Positions 29,933 through 39,520 are shown, counted from the first letter of the stretch. The stretch: DNA of 48,877 nt from an uncultured Isosphaeraceae bacterium (GCA_964602215.1 CAZRPZ010000045.1:1-48877), one strand, 5' to 3'. Numbers and translations are program-made. Notes: generated from the sequence alone by a model not told the origin.

Positions 29933-29959
29933 ACGGGTACGCAACGCGTCCCGTTTTTT
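29933..29959 (+). terminator. Intrinsic-terminator-like hairpin plus T6 in the nusA leader (candidate attenuator or sRNA 3' end)
   Basis: ACGGGTACGC-AAC-GCGTCCCGT forms 9 bp with one bulge and is followed by TTTTTT. It ends 60 nt before the nusA ATG. Confidence 0.55.
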
Positions 29960-30019
29960 CATAGATACAACAATCAAACAATCAAACAATTCAACAACCC
30001 AATAAGAACAGGCACACAT

Positions 30020-31444
30020 ATGAACAGAGAAACAATTGAAATAATCGACACCATTGCCAAGCAGCGCAAAATCGAAAAGCAAGTCATCATTGCCGACCTT
30101 GAACAAGCAATGGTCAGTGCTGCTCGAAAACACTTTAATTCATTAGATACTGAAGAGTTCTCGTGCAACATGGATATCATGACAGGAGAAATTCGAATTT
30201 GGCGACACCTCGATGAAGGTGCTGTAGAAATTCCACTGGAAGAACTAGGCAGAATTCCAGCACAAACTGCAAAGCAAGTCATGATTCAACGTTTCCGCGA
30301 AGATGAACGCTCTGGAATTTTTGATGAATATATAGATAAAGCTGGTGAACTTACAACCGGTGTGTGTAGTCGATACGAGGGTGGCTCTCTTATCGTCCAA
30401 CTCGACAAACTTGGTCGGGTCGAGGGATTCATGCCTCGTTCCGAGCAAATTCCAGGAGAACAATTCCGTCCTAGTGACAGAGTTCGCTGTTTTATCCTTG
30501 ATGTACGCGACACTGGAAGCCAAGTCAAAATCGTTTTGTCACGAAGCCATCCTGATTTCATTCGCCGGCTTTTTGAAGCTGAAGTTCCTGAAGTACAAGA
30601 GCACGTCATTGAAATTCACGCCATGTCACGCGAACCCGGTTTCAGAACTAAAATTGCAGTGACATCTAATGATTCCAAAGTGGATCCAGTCGGCGCGTGT
30701 GTTGGAGTTCGCGGTAGCAGAATTCGAAATATCGTTGAAGAACTTGGTGGCGAAAAAATAGATATCGTCCGATGGAACGAATCAAGCCAAATACTCATTT
30801 CAAATGCACTCAAACCAGCAGAAGTAGATGAAGTAAGTCTTTGCTTTGAACTTGGTCGCGCGACCATTATCGTTCGCGACGACCAACTCTCACTTGCAAT
30901 TGGACGGCGAGGTCAAAATGTTCGGCTTGCAGCACGATTAACGGGCTGGGATATCGACATTCTGACTCCTGAAGAATATCAAAAAGGTTTGGAAATTTTG
31001 TGGGATGCACTTAAGCCAATAGACGGTGTCTCGGAAGAAATGCTTGACCGAATGGCAGCGATGGGTATCATCAGCATCTTCGACGTTGAAGAAATTGGTC
31101 GAAATGTCCTTGAAGAAGATTTAGAGTTCCCCAAACAAGTAGCCGACCGTTGTATCGACCGCTCGATTATCCGTTCCAAGGAAGTCACCATTGAACAAGA
31201 AGAGGCAAAGGCCGCCGAAGAAGCCAAACGAGTAGAAGAAGAAGCAGCAGCAGCAGCCGTCCTTGATGTCGAAATTGATGACGCAACCGAAGCCGTAGCT
31301 GATTCAATTCTTGATATTCCTGCGGAAGAAGTGAAAGAAAATCATGAGCAAAAAGTTGATGTTGAGGAATCGTCTGAACCCGAAGATGAAGTAGTTGAAA
31401 CGACAGAAGAACTAGAACACACAGCAGAGGAAAGTAACGATTAA
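30020..31444 (+). CDS. nusA: Transcription termination/antitermination factor NusA
   Basis: The track ORF starts at a GTG (29897). The ATG at 30020 gives the canonical MNRETIEIIDTIAKQRKIEK N-terminus. S1 and KH domains present (GACVGVRGSRIRNIVEELGGEKIDIV, IGRRGQNVRLAARLTGWDIDI). Acidic tail. Confidence 0.95.
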   Translation: MNRETIEIIDTIAKQRKIEKQVIIADLEQAMVSAARKHFNSLDTEEFSCNMDIMTGEIRIWRHLDEGAVEIPLEELGRIPAQTAKQVMIQRFREDERSGIFDEYIDKAGELTTGVCSRYEGGSLIVQLDKLGRVEGFMPRSEQIPGEQFRPSDRVRCFILDVRDTGSQVKIVLSRSHPDFIRRLFEAEVPEVQEHVIEIHAMSREPGFRTKIAVTSNDSKVDPVGACVGVRGSRIRNIVEELGGEKIDIVRWNESSQILISNALKPAEVDEVSLCFELGRATIIVRDDQLSLAIGRRGQNVRLAARLTGWDIDILTPEEYQKGLEILWDALKPIDGVSEEMLDRMAAMGIISIFDVEEIGRNVLEEDLEFPKQVADRCIDRSIIRSKEVTIEQEEAKAAEEAKRVEEEAAAAAVLDVEIDDATEAVADSILDIPAEEVKENHEQKVDVEESSEPEDEVVETTEELEHTAEESND

Positions 31445-31470
31445 TCATAGATTAATTTTGGAGAACATAC

Positions 31471-34026
31471 GTGGCTAAAAAAGCAGTGAAAACTCGAGTT
31501 CATCACATTGCCAAAAAGATTGGTGTTGGTTCCAAGGACATTATCGAAAAGTGCAAGAGTGAAGGCATTCCCGATATTACAGGGCACATGTCAGCAGTTT
31601 CTGCTGGACTTGAAGCGACAATTACTGAGTGGTTTAGTGAAGAGGTAGGTTCATCTTCTTCTTCAGCTGTTGAAACAGCAGAAAAAGTGAACGTGACGAA
31701 AGCGAAAGCGCGCGCCAAGAAAAAAACAAAGAAAAAGATCACGAAGAAAGCTGGGAAAAAAACCACAAGCAAGGCGACTAAGAAACAGGAAGCGAATACA
31801 GAAGAGCCAATCAAACCCATGGGTCGCAAATTGGAAACTCCAACAAAGGCGAAAATGTCTGGACCTCGGGTTATTCGAATAGAACAACCAGAACCGGAGC
31901 CGAAGCCAAGACAACCAAAACAGCGACAAGCTGCAGCACAAAGGGGCGGAACTGGTGTGACACCGCAACCACCACCACCCGCACCACCTGAACAAGAGCA
32001 GGGACGTGGTTCCAGAAGAAACAAACGCCGTACCACCACAACACAAACTGGTGGACGACAAAGTGAACGTGGCTCGCGTAATCCAGCACCAACTCAAGAT
32101 CGGGGTGACACAAATTGGCGTAAACAAGATCTACTAGAACGAGAGAATCGACTTCGCCGAAGTGGTGGTTTCTTCAGGCAAGCCCGTCGGGATAGCCAAA
32201 AACGTACCGATAAACCAGCAGAAAAAGCAAAGACTCTAAAACAAACTGGTGGCAAAGTTCAAATTACCGAACCAATTGCTATCAAAGAGCTCTCATCAGC
32301 AACCGGTGTTAAAGCAAACGAAATTCTAAAGAAATTGCTTCTTGCTGAAATTATTGCAACAGTGAACGACACTATTGAAACCACACAAGCGGTTGAGATG
32401 ATGATGGAATGGGGGATTGAATTAGCAGTTACAGAAGAAAAATCTGCTGAAGAAAAAATTGAAGAGTCATTTACTGAGCGAAAGGCAGTTGATGAACAAC
32501 CCAGATCCCCAGTTGTGACGATTCTTGGGCACGTCGATCATGGCAAAACCTCGCTTCTTGACAGAATTCGTTCAGCAAATGTTGCTGAAGGCGAAGCTGG
32601 AGGAATTACACAAGCAACAAGCGCCTTTCGAGTTCCGGTACAAGCCGGTGAGCAAGAACGATTGGTTACTTTTATTGATACTCCAGGTCACGAGGCATTT
32701 ACTGAAATGCGAGCAAGAGGAGCGAAAGTAACGGACATTGTTGTTCTTGTTGTAGCAGCGGATGATGGAGTGATGCCTCAAACAGTTGAGTCAATTAACC
32801 ATGCGAAGAGTGCAGACGTTCCGATTGTTGTAGCACTCAATAAAATTGATAAACAAAATGCTACCGAAGAAAACATTCAACGAATACTTGGGCAACTTGC
32901 TGAACATGACTTAAATCCAGTCGATTGGGGGGGGTCCACCGAGGTTATTCGAACAAGTGCAATAGAAAATACAGGCATTCAAGATTTACTTGAAATTTTA
33001 GATTACCAAGCTGAACTCTTGGAATTAAAAGCAGACTTTGGTGGTGATGCAGAAGGAACAGTTATTGAAGCACATATTGCCGAAGGGAAGGGTCCAGTTG
33101 CAAATATACTCGTCCAAGAAGGTTGCCTGAAAAAAGGCGATTTTATCGTTGCTGGTCGTGGTTTTGGACGGATTCGCGCTCTTGTAGATGAACGGGGTGA
33201 GCAAGTCAACGAAGCAACACCCTCGACACCTCTATCAATTATGGGCTTAAGTGAAGTGCCAGATGCTGGTGACAAATTCTATATTGTCACATCACTAAAA
33301 GCAGCAGAAGCGTCTTCAAAGGAACGAATTCAGCAAGAACGACAATCTGAATTGGCTGTTGAAAAAGTGACTCTCGATAACATTTTTGATCAGATGAAAT
33401 CTGCAGATATTCGAGAGCTACCAGTCATCGTTAAAGGTGACGTTCAGGGATCAATTGAAACGTTAAAGAGCACCATAGATAAAATTGGAAACGATGAGGC
33501 GACTGTTGCAATCAAACATAGCGCAGTGGGCGGAATTAATGAATCCGATGTAAATCTTGCCGAAGCATGTGGTGGCATTATTGTTGGTTTTAATGTGACG
33601 AGTTCTGCGAAAGCAAGACGCTTAGCCGAGCAGAAGGGTGTCGAAATTCGCTACTACGATGTTATCTACACTCTTATCGATGACCTTACAAAAGCACTAG
33701 AGGGATTACTTGACCCAGAAATTAAACTTGAAGTTCTCGGACACGCTGAAGTTCGTGATGTATTTAAGATCTCGAAAGTTGGCATGATTGCGGGTTGCTA
33801 TGTCACTGATGGATCAATTGAACGTCATCAGCAAATCCGTGTAACTCGCGATGGTATTGTGATTGAAGCAGATAGGAAGCTCGATCAACTGAAACGCTTT
33901 AAAGACGATGCAAAAGAAGTGAAGTCAGGTCAGGAGTGCGGAATGAATATTGATGGTTACAGCGACATTAAGGTTGGCGATGTTATTGAATGCTATAAAT
34001 CTCTGGAGGTAAAGCGAACGCTTTAA
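31471..34026 (+). CDS. infB: Translation initiation factor IF-2
   Basis: GTG start preceded by GGAGA. Lys/Pro-rich N-terminal region. G-domain motifs GHVDHGKTSLLD, DTPGH, NKID. Confidence 0.97.
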   Translation: MAKKAVKTRVHHIAKKIGVGSKDIIEKCKSEGIPDITGHMSAVSAGLEATITEWFSEEVGSSSSSAVETAEKVNVTKAKARAKKKTKKKITKKAGKKTTSKATKKQEANTEEPIKPMGRKLETPTKAKMSGPRVIRIEQPEPEPKPRQPKQRQAAAQRGGTGVTPQPPPPAPPEQEQGRGSRRNKRRTTTTQTGGRQSERGSRNPAPTQDRGDTNWRKQDLLERENRLRRSGGFFRQARRDSQKRTDKPAEKAKTLKQTGGKVQITEPIAIKELSSATGVKANEILKKLLLAEIIATVNDTIETTQAVEMMMEWGIELAVTEEKSAEEKIEESFTERKAVDEQPRSPVVTILGHVDHGKTSLLDRIRSANVAEGEAGGITQATSAFRVPVQAGEQERLVTFIDTPGHEAFTEMRARGAKVTDIVVLVVAADDGVMPQTVESINHAKSADVPIVVALNKIDKQNATEENIQRILGQLAEHDLNPVDWGGSTEVIRTSAIENTGIQDLLEILDYQAELLELKADFGGDAEGTVIEAHIAEGKGPVANILVQEGCLKKGDFIVAGRGFGRIRALVDERGEQVNEATPSTPLSIMGLSEVPDAGDKFYIVTSLKAAEASSKERIQQERQSELAVEKVTLDNIFDQMKSADIRELPVIVKGDVQGSIETLKSTIDKIGNDEATVAIKHSAVGGINESDVNLAEACGGIIVGFNVTSSAKARRLAEQKGVEIRYYDVIYTLIDDLTKALEGLLDPEIKLEVLGHAEVRDVFKISKVGMIAGCYVTDGSIERHQQIRVTRDGIVIEADRKLDQLKRFKDDAKEVKSGQECGMNIDGYSDIKVGDVIECYKSLEVKRTL

Positions 34027-34033
34027 TTGCTCT

Positions 34034-34417
34034 ATGACGCAGCGAACAGATCAAGTTGCTTCAACACTACAAAGGGTTACCCAAGAAGTTCTGTCTAGGG
34101 GGCTTGCTGATCCACGTGTACATGGACTGATTACAGTTACACGCGTAGAAGTAAGCGCAGATTTATCGAACGCCACATTCTTCTGCACAGTAACACCACA
34201 CAAGCACGAAGAACTTTCTATGCATGGTCTGAAATCGGCATCCACATGGGTTCGAAGACAAGTAGCAGATAAAGTTAGGTTCAGAAGATTGCCAAAATTT
34301 ACATTTAGAGTCGATGAACAATTACTTCGACAACAAGAAGTTCTAGCAAGTATTGCCGAAGCAAATCGAGAAGACGAACTAAAAGCCAATAAAAAGAAGA
34401 AGGAAGAATTCGAGTGA
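34034..34417 (+). CDS. rbfA: Ribosome-binding factor A
   Basis: RVTQEVLSRGLADPRVHGLITVTRVEVSADLSNATFF follows the RbfA KH-like pattern. It sits immediately after infB. Confidence 0.9.
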   Translation: MTQRTDQVASTLQRVTQEVLSRGLADPRVHGLITVTRVEVSADLSNATFFCTVTPHKHEELSMHGLKSASTWVRRQVADKVRFRRLPKFTFRVDEQLLRQQEVLASIAEANREDELKANKKKKEEFE

Positions 34418-35193
34418 AAAACGCAACCGAATTTGCAAAGAAATTCAAAAAGTTCCGTAAATCATTGCCGGCAATTGAAATTGTGAAGAGTGAACACGGA
34501 GTCATCGGTGAGGTTATTTATGCACACCTGATTTGGAATGCAAATGCAAAACAAGCAACAGCAGCGTATAAAAAATTAACTTCTGCAGCTGTTGACTTGA
34601 ATGATCTTCGAATGAGCCACATATTTGAAACAGTCGAGTTGATCGGTGTGAATTACCCGCAAGCAGAAGAGAGGGCAAAGCGGCTCAAGGTGGTGCTGAA
34701 TGCGATTTATCGAAGAGAACACGGTGTTCACATCCCGAGTCTCGAAGGAGCTGGAAAACGAGATGTACGAGAATATTTCGAGACGTTAGATGGAATTACA
34801 CCTTTTGTATCAAACAGGGTAGGTGCAATTTTTTATGGTGTTGCAACGATGCCCGTTGATGATCGCACTCTTGCTGTATTAATAGCAAATGATTTAGTGC
34901 ATGAACAGTCTGGTGTGGTAGATGTTGCCTCGTGGCTTGCGAGGCAAGTAAAAGCGAATGAGATTTGTGATTTACACATGTGCCTGCACGCTTGGGTAGA
35001 AACCCAACCGGTTCCTAAACAAAGTAAACAAGAAAAAAAAGCTGTACTGAGAAAACCAACAGCAAAGAAAAAAGTTGCAAAAAAGAAGGTCTCAAAGAAA
35101 AAAGCGGCAAAAAAGAAGGCGGCTAACAAAGTGCCAAGAAAGAAAGTTGCAAAAAAGAAGACACCTAAGAAAAAGGCGACTGCTAAAAAGTGA
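34414..35193 (+). CDS. Endonuclease-III-like (HhH-GPD-like) domain protein with a Lys/Ala-rich histone-H1-like C-terminal tail
   Basis: GTGA overlap with rbfA. The body aligns by eye to the Nth layout: LDGITPFVSNRV corresponds to LPGVGRKTANVV, and MPVDDRTLAVL to IAVDTHIFRV. No Fe-S Cys cluster. The last ~55 aa read KKKVAKKKVSKKKAAKKKAANKVPRKKVAKKKTPKKKATAKK. Confidence 0.6.
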   Translation: MKNATEFAKKFKKFRKSLPAIEIVKSEHGVIGEVIYAHLIWNANAKQATAAYKKLTSAAVDLNDLRMSHIFETVELIGVNYPQAEERAKRLKVVLNAIYRREHGVHIPSLEGAGKRDVREYFETLDGITPFVSNRVGAIFYGVATMPVDDRTLAVLIANDLVHEQSGVVDVASWLARQVKANEICDLHMCLHAWVETQPVPKQSKQEKKAVLRKPTAKKKVAKKKVSKKKAAKKKAANKVPRKKVAKKKTPKKKATAKK

Positions 35194-36632
35194 ACAAATT
35201 CTGGATAGCATTGCCACTGGTTCTTACGATGCTTGGTGGAGCAACCCCAGACGAATTGTCCTTAAAAGAGATTTTTGAAGAGATTGTTCAGGATATACCC
35301 GAACAGGTGAAGATTCCAACAAATCGGCGAGCCGCTAAGGAATATATAGTTGCTCACCAACTTGCTACAAAGGACCAACATCAACTTGCAATCGCGCATT
35401 TTAGAAAATGTGCAGAGCTTGACACAAATTCAGCAGCACCTTGGGCGGGGATGGCAATTTCACTTGCAGCAACTGGTAGAAATGACTCTGCATTTGTTGC
35501 ATGGAATGAAGTTCTTGCTCGAGACCCATTGCACAAGGATGCGTTGTTGATTCTTGGGTTAGATGCTGCAAAAATGGGACAGAACGAGAAAGGGAAACAA
35601 TATTTATCCCAGCACTGGCTAACAGTTGATGCGATACCGATTGAGCAATTGCTCCGTATTGCAGCGCTGCTTTCAGTTTATGAAACGGATGAACACATCA
35701 GTTTTCTACTTGAAGAAACCGTGGATCAGATTGTAGAAACCGCGTTATACGATCTTGTTTCGGGTGCAACAAGCCCTGCTTGGTTAGGGTTAATACAGCA
35801 ACTCATAGATTTAGATGCGACCGATATTGCATTGCAGCTAACGACAGAAGCAACAGTTTTTCTACAACAAGCAGAACTCGGTACATTACTGACTCTGTTG
35901 CCGGTTCTTGAAGCAGCCATGGATGGGGATGGTTCTACAACTCTCGCGACGTATGAGCGTATAGGGTTGAATCAATCGATCCCTCTTGCGCCTCGTTGGT
36001 TTGAACCAGTTCCGTTGTCGGAAGCACTTTCAATTGCTGCTCAATCAATGTCTATTGTAAACAACGAGACAAGTGGTCCCATTCGTTTGTATCGAACTTC
36101 ATTAAGTATTGACCCAAAAGACGCGATAACTATGAATAACTTGGCGTGGATTCTGCTCGAACGAGATGGACCAACTCGAGAAGTTCAAGAACTTGGCAAA
36201 AGAGCATTGGAGTTAGATCCAGAAGCGCCATACATATTGGATACGGTTGGTTGGATGTACACATTACTTGGTGATACTGAAAATGGGATTTCATTGCTTC
36301 TGAAATCTCTCCAAATATCAGAACAGCTCAGCGTCGGGACATTTGATCATCTTGGAGACGCGTACTGGTTGGCAGGAGAAAAGGAAAAAGCCATTCAAGC
36401 ATGGGAAACAGCAAACAGAGTGTTGCGTACTCCCGAGTTTCATCGAGGGGTACTTGAGGGCTATGCGGGATTAGCACATTCTGTATGGGGTATTTCTGTT
36501 GTCACTCCAGAAGCGTTGTATGATTTAGAGTTTGGTGAGATGGCTCGCCGATTAAAAGAAAAACGAACGGCAATTCAAGAAGGAATTGAACCCTCATTTG
36601 GATTTTTAGTACCAGTGAATGGAGCAGATTGA
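35190..36632 (+). CDS. TPR-repeat protein, probably exported
   Basis: GTGA overlap with the previous gene. Signal-like MNKFWIALPLVLTMLGG. Multiple TPR-like helices (AIAHFRKCAELD..., NNLAWILLERDG..., DTVGWMYTLLGD..., HLGDAYWLAGEKEKAIQAWE). Confidence 0.8.
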   Translation: MNKFWIALPLVLTMLGGATPDELSLKEIFEEIVQDIPEQVKIPTNRRAAKEYIVAHQLATKDQHQLAIAHFRKCAELDTNSAAPWAGMAISLAATGRNDSAFVAWNEVLARDPLHKDALLILGLDAAKMGQNEKGKQYLSQHWLTVDAIPIEQLLRIAALLSVYETDEHISFLLEETVDQIVETALYDLVSGATSPAWLGLIQQLIDLDATDIALQLTTEATVFLQQAELGTLLTLLPVLEAAMDGDGSTTLATYERIGLNQSIPLAPRWFEPVPLSEALSIAAQSMSIVNNETSGPIRLYRTSLSIDPKDAITMNNLAWILLERDGPTREVQELGKRALELDPEAPYILDTVGWMYTLLGDTENGISLLLKSLQISEQLSVGTFDHLGDAYWLAGEKEKAIQAWETANRVLRTPEFHRGVLEGYAGLAHSVWGISVVTPEALYDLEFGEMARRLKEKRTAIQEGIEPSFGFLVPVNGAD

Positions 36633-36633
36633 C

Positions 36634-37377
36634 ATGGCAGGTCATAGTAAATGGGCTAATATCAAACACCGAAAAGCGCGACAAGATGCTGTAAAGGGAA
36701 AACAATGGTCAAAATGTAGTCGTGCAGTTATGGTCGCAGTAAAAAATGGTGGACCAGATCCTGAAACAAACCTTACTCTTCGGTATGCAATTGAAGATGC
36801 AAAATCTGTCAATATGGCAAAAGACACCATTGAGAAAGCAATTAAGAAAGCAAGCGGTGAAGGCTCAGAGGGAGTTACATATGAAGAAGTTCGCTATGAA
36901 GGATATGGTCCAGGAGGTGTTGCAATTATTGTGGACGTGTTAACCGACAACGTAAATCGCACAGCTCCCGAAATGCGAAAATTGTTTGAGAAGGGGAATG
37001 GGAATCTAGCAAAACCCGGCTCGGTGGCGTTTAGTTTTTCAAGCTCAGGAGTGATTCTTATTGAAGAATCAGAAACAGATGAAGAGCAATTGATGGAAGT
37101 TGTTCTAGAAGCAGGAGCAAATGACATTGTTCAAAGTGAGGGGCTCTGGGAAGTCACATGTAATCCTGTTGATTATTTAGATTTACGGAAAGCAATAGAA
37201 GTGGCTGGTATCCCGATGGTTTCATCAGAGGTAACAATGGTTCCGGCATCTCAAATTGCATGCGATGTAACACTTGGGGCAAAGATGCTTAGGATGATTG
37301 AATCGTTTGAGGATCACGATGACGTACAAAATGTCTATTCAAACGCAGATATTCCAGAAGAGGCAATGGAAGAATAA
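36634..37377 (+). CDS. yebC: YebC/PmpR-family transcriptional regulator
   Basis: MAGHSKWANIKHRKARQDAVKGK is the canonical N-terminus. The ATG at 36634 is preceded by GGAG. The track ORF starts 15 nt earlier. Confidence 0.93.
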   Translation: MAGHSKWANIKHRKARQDAVKGKQWSKCSRAVMVAVKNGGPDPETNLTLRYAIEDAKSVNMAKDTIEKAIKKASGEGSEGVTYEEVRYEGYGPGGVAIIVDVLTDNVNRTAPEMRKLFEKGNGNLAKPGSVAFSFSSSGVILIEESETDEEQLMEVVLEAGANDIVQSEGLWEVTCNPVDYLDLRKAIEVAGIPMVSSEVTMVPASQIACDVTLGAKMLRMIESFEDHDDVQNVYSNADIPEEAMEE

Positions 37378-37799
37378 TGCGTCTTGTTCCAATCGTATTA
37401 TTGGCTTTCACCTTTTTCGGATGTGCTGTGCCTACAAAACAATGGCCAAATGAAAACAAAGAGTTCGTTTGGACTGCAATGGTCGCAGCAGCAAATGCTC
37501 CCGATTACTCATCTAGCGACCCAAGAAAACGATGGATTGTGATAGAAAATGATGTTGATGTAAATAACCAACTCGGGAGGATCGTCGTTCGTCGAAAACT
37601 TTCACGATCATTAAAATTACCTCGACAGAATGAACAAACCGATCACAGGGAATGGTTTTTTGTCATCAAGTTATTGCCAACCAACGAGCCCACGGTTACA
37701 TTTGATGTGACAGAAAGCCAACTTGTTCCTGTACGCACCATCGATGAAGCAAATCGTTACTTTTCGCTGGTCGACGACCTGTTACACCCAACCAATTGA
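37377..37799 (+). CDS. Hypothetical lipoprotein
   Basis: Lipobox FTFFGC. TAATG overlap with yebC. Confidence 0.6.
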   Translation: MRLVPIVLLAFTFFGCAVPTKQWPNENKEFVWTAMVAAANAPDYSSSDPRKRWIVIENDVDVNNQLGRIVVRRKLSRSLKLPRQNEQTDHREWFFVIKLLPTNEPTVTFDVTESQLVPVRTIDEANRYFSLVDDLLHPTN

Positions 37800-38813
37800 T
37801 TATCCGGCTTCAGCACGAGGATGAGCTTGGTCGTAGGACTCTCGCACGCGTTTCGTGGTCAAGTGGGTGTACACCTGAGTTGTTGAAAGCGATTGATGAC
37901 CAAGCAATTCTTGCACACTGCGAAGGTCAGCACCATTATCAAGCAAGTGTGTTGCAAAACTATGGCGTAATGTGTGAGGTGAAATCGAAGGATCAAGCCC
38001 TGCCTGTTCAAGATATTTTGAAACCTTTCGTCTTACCGAACGAGTTGAGAGTCGAGTCGAATGTTTATTAATAAAGAGCGGAGCGTCGCTTTCGTTGGAG
38101 ATATTGTTCGTTTGAAGAATGCCAACGTAATGTGAGATTGCAGCCATGGCATGTGTGCCGAGGGGAACGATTCGTTCTTTTCTTCCTTTGCCTCGAATAA
38201 TAATGGCTTGTCCAGTTTCGTCAATATCACTAAAGTTAATTCCAACAAGTTCGCTTACACGAATACCCGTTGAATATAGCGTTTCTAAAATTGCACGGTC
38301 CCGAGCACCGAGGAGCGTTTTGTCATTAGGAGCAGAAAGGAGTTTTTCAACTTGTTCAACATCAATTGCTTTTGGTAGTCGTTTCTTTTGTCTTGGAGTT
38401 CGGATGAGGGTCATTGGATTCGTATCAATACATCCATTTCGCTCCAGCCAACGATAGAAACTTCGAAGAGTTGCAATTTTTCGAGCCATCGTAGCGGGGG
38501 AGTAATTAGACTCAGCGAGGCATGCCAAAAAACTACGCAGATATTCAGTGTCTGCGCTTACGATGTGTTCACTGATTGTTTCTGGTCCGACATGTCCGGC
38601 AATTTCTTTGGCACCGCTGGAATATCGTTGCCACGAAGCAGTTTCGGAGGGTATATCGAGTGTTAAATTTTGTTCTTCAGTAATCCAAACCAAATACTGA
38701 CGAAGGTCTACACCATAGCATCTGCCTGTGTATTCACTGAATGCTCGTTCATCAAGAAGATATGACAGAAATGCAGTAACAATTGGGACGTGTTGTTCAA
38801 TATTTTTATTCAT
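37800..38813 (-). CDS. Tyrosine recombinase, XerC/XerD type
   Basis: N-terminal SAM-like core-binding domain. C-terminal HTLRHSFATHLLDNGADLRSVQELLGHQSLSTTQVYTH carries the R..HxxR..Y catalytic set. I cannot tell XerC from XerD. Confidence 0.9.
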   Translation of the reverse strand: MNKNIEQHVPIVTAFLSYLLDERAFSEYTGRCYGVDLRQYLVWITEEQNLTLDIPSETASWQRYSSGAKEIAGHVGPETISEHIVSADTEYLRSFLACLAESNYSPATMARKIATLRSFYRWLERNGCIDTNPMTLIRTPRQKKRLPKAIDVEQVEKLLSAPNDKTLLGARDRAILETLYSTGIRVSELVGINFSDIDETGQAIIIRGKGRKERIVPLGTHAMAAISHYVGILQTNNISNESDAPLFINKHSTRLSTRSVRRKVSKYLEQAGLDPSISPHTLRHSFATHLLDNGADLRSVQELLGHQSLSTTQVYTHLTTKRVRESYDQAHPRAEAG

Positions 38814-38830
38814 GTGTATTCCAGTTTTCT

Positions 38831-39160
38831 TTATGCTGCTTTTGCAGTTATCTTTGACATTTCGTGACAGACCATGGCAGCATCAAACCAATCAAAATTT
38901 GTATCGGGAGATTTCGCGATTTCAGTAATTGCCTCGACTGCCTTGAGTTCTTGCCCAGAATCCCATTCAAACCTCCATTGATCCTCGCCTTTGACGAGGA
39001 CAACACGGTGGGATGTCTTTTCTGTATTTTTTGGCATGTTCCTGTTCTCGGTCATTGATGTTGTCCTATTGAGCGAATTTGTTCTATTTCCGCTTAATAT
39101 CGGTCTTTGTTGTTTTTTTTGAGTTGAGCGTCTTCGGCTTTGGTGGTAGTTTCGATCCAT
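38831..39160 (-). CDS. Hypothetical small protein upstream of the Xer recombinase gene
   Basis: ORF ending 17 nt before the xer start. The basic N-terminus may be spurious; internal ATGs at 39055 and 39037 are alternative starts. No motif recognised. Confidence 0.4.
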   Translation of the reverse strand: MDRNYHQSRRRSTQKKQQRPILSGNRTNSLNRTTSMTENRNMPKNTEKTSHRVVLVKGEDQWRFEWDSGQELKAVEAITEIAKSPDTNFDWFDAAMVCHEMSKITAKAA

Positions 39161-39444
39161 ATTTACATTACTTGCGGTATATCACCGCATCCACATCGTT
39201 CGCTCAACTCTACATCCATGAGTCGACCGTCACAGGTTGCTTTTGAATGCTCAGGGTTCCACCCTAAGCAGTATCCGGTCAACCTCTTATCGGACGACTT
39301 CGATGCATCGCTTGAGTGTTCAATGCGACTTGATGACAATGGCTATGACGGGGATTCTTTTCAACTTTTACACCCGATAACGCAAAAAACTAGCGACTGA
39401 CCCCTCCCGTTGAGGTTCGGATGGATGTAAAATGTTCGATTCTA

Positions 39445-39517
39445 GATCGCGTAGCTCAGTTGGTAGAGCACCTGACTTTTAATCAGGCGGTCTTGGGTTC
39501 GAGCCCCAACGCGATCA
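39445..39517 (+). tRNA. tRNA-Lys (anticodon UUU)
   Basis: Cloverleaf folded by hand. Acceptor GATCGCG/CGCGATC. D arm GCTC-AGTTGGTA-GAGC. Anticodon arm CCTGA-CTTTTAA-TCAGG. T arm TTGGG-TTCGAGC-CCCAA. Discriminator A. No encoded CCA. 73 nt. Confidence 0.93.
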
Positions 39518-39520
39518 TTC

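Noticed and set aside
32927-32934. Homopolymer tracts as phase-variation switches: G8 in infB (32927-32934), A9/T9 in the lpxL-family gene (6358-6366) and C8 in the surE/tonB-like spacer (21300-21307)
   Set aside because: The G8 tract lies in an essential gene where frameshifting would be lethal. The C8 tract lies between two convergent 3' ends. The tracts are short, and there is no contingency-locus context such as surface or restriction genes.
37796-38071. 91-aa plus-strand ORF overlapping the 3' end of the xer recombinase gene; similar short ORFs at 242-454 and 4084-4341
   Set aside because: These ORFs are antisense to or overlap well-supported genes or intergenic regions. They have no motifs and no ribosome-binding context, so they are treated as spurious.
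39140-39400. 86-aa plus-strand ORF, or a possible structured ncRNA, in the 284-nt spacer before tRNA-Lys
   Set aside because: No coding-like motifs and no SD. I could not find RNase P, tmRNA, SRP or 6S signatures. The spacer is adequately explained as the divergent promoter region for the small ORF/xer operon and the tRNA.
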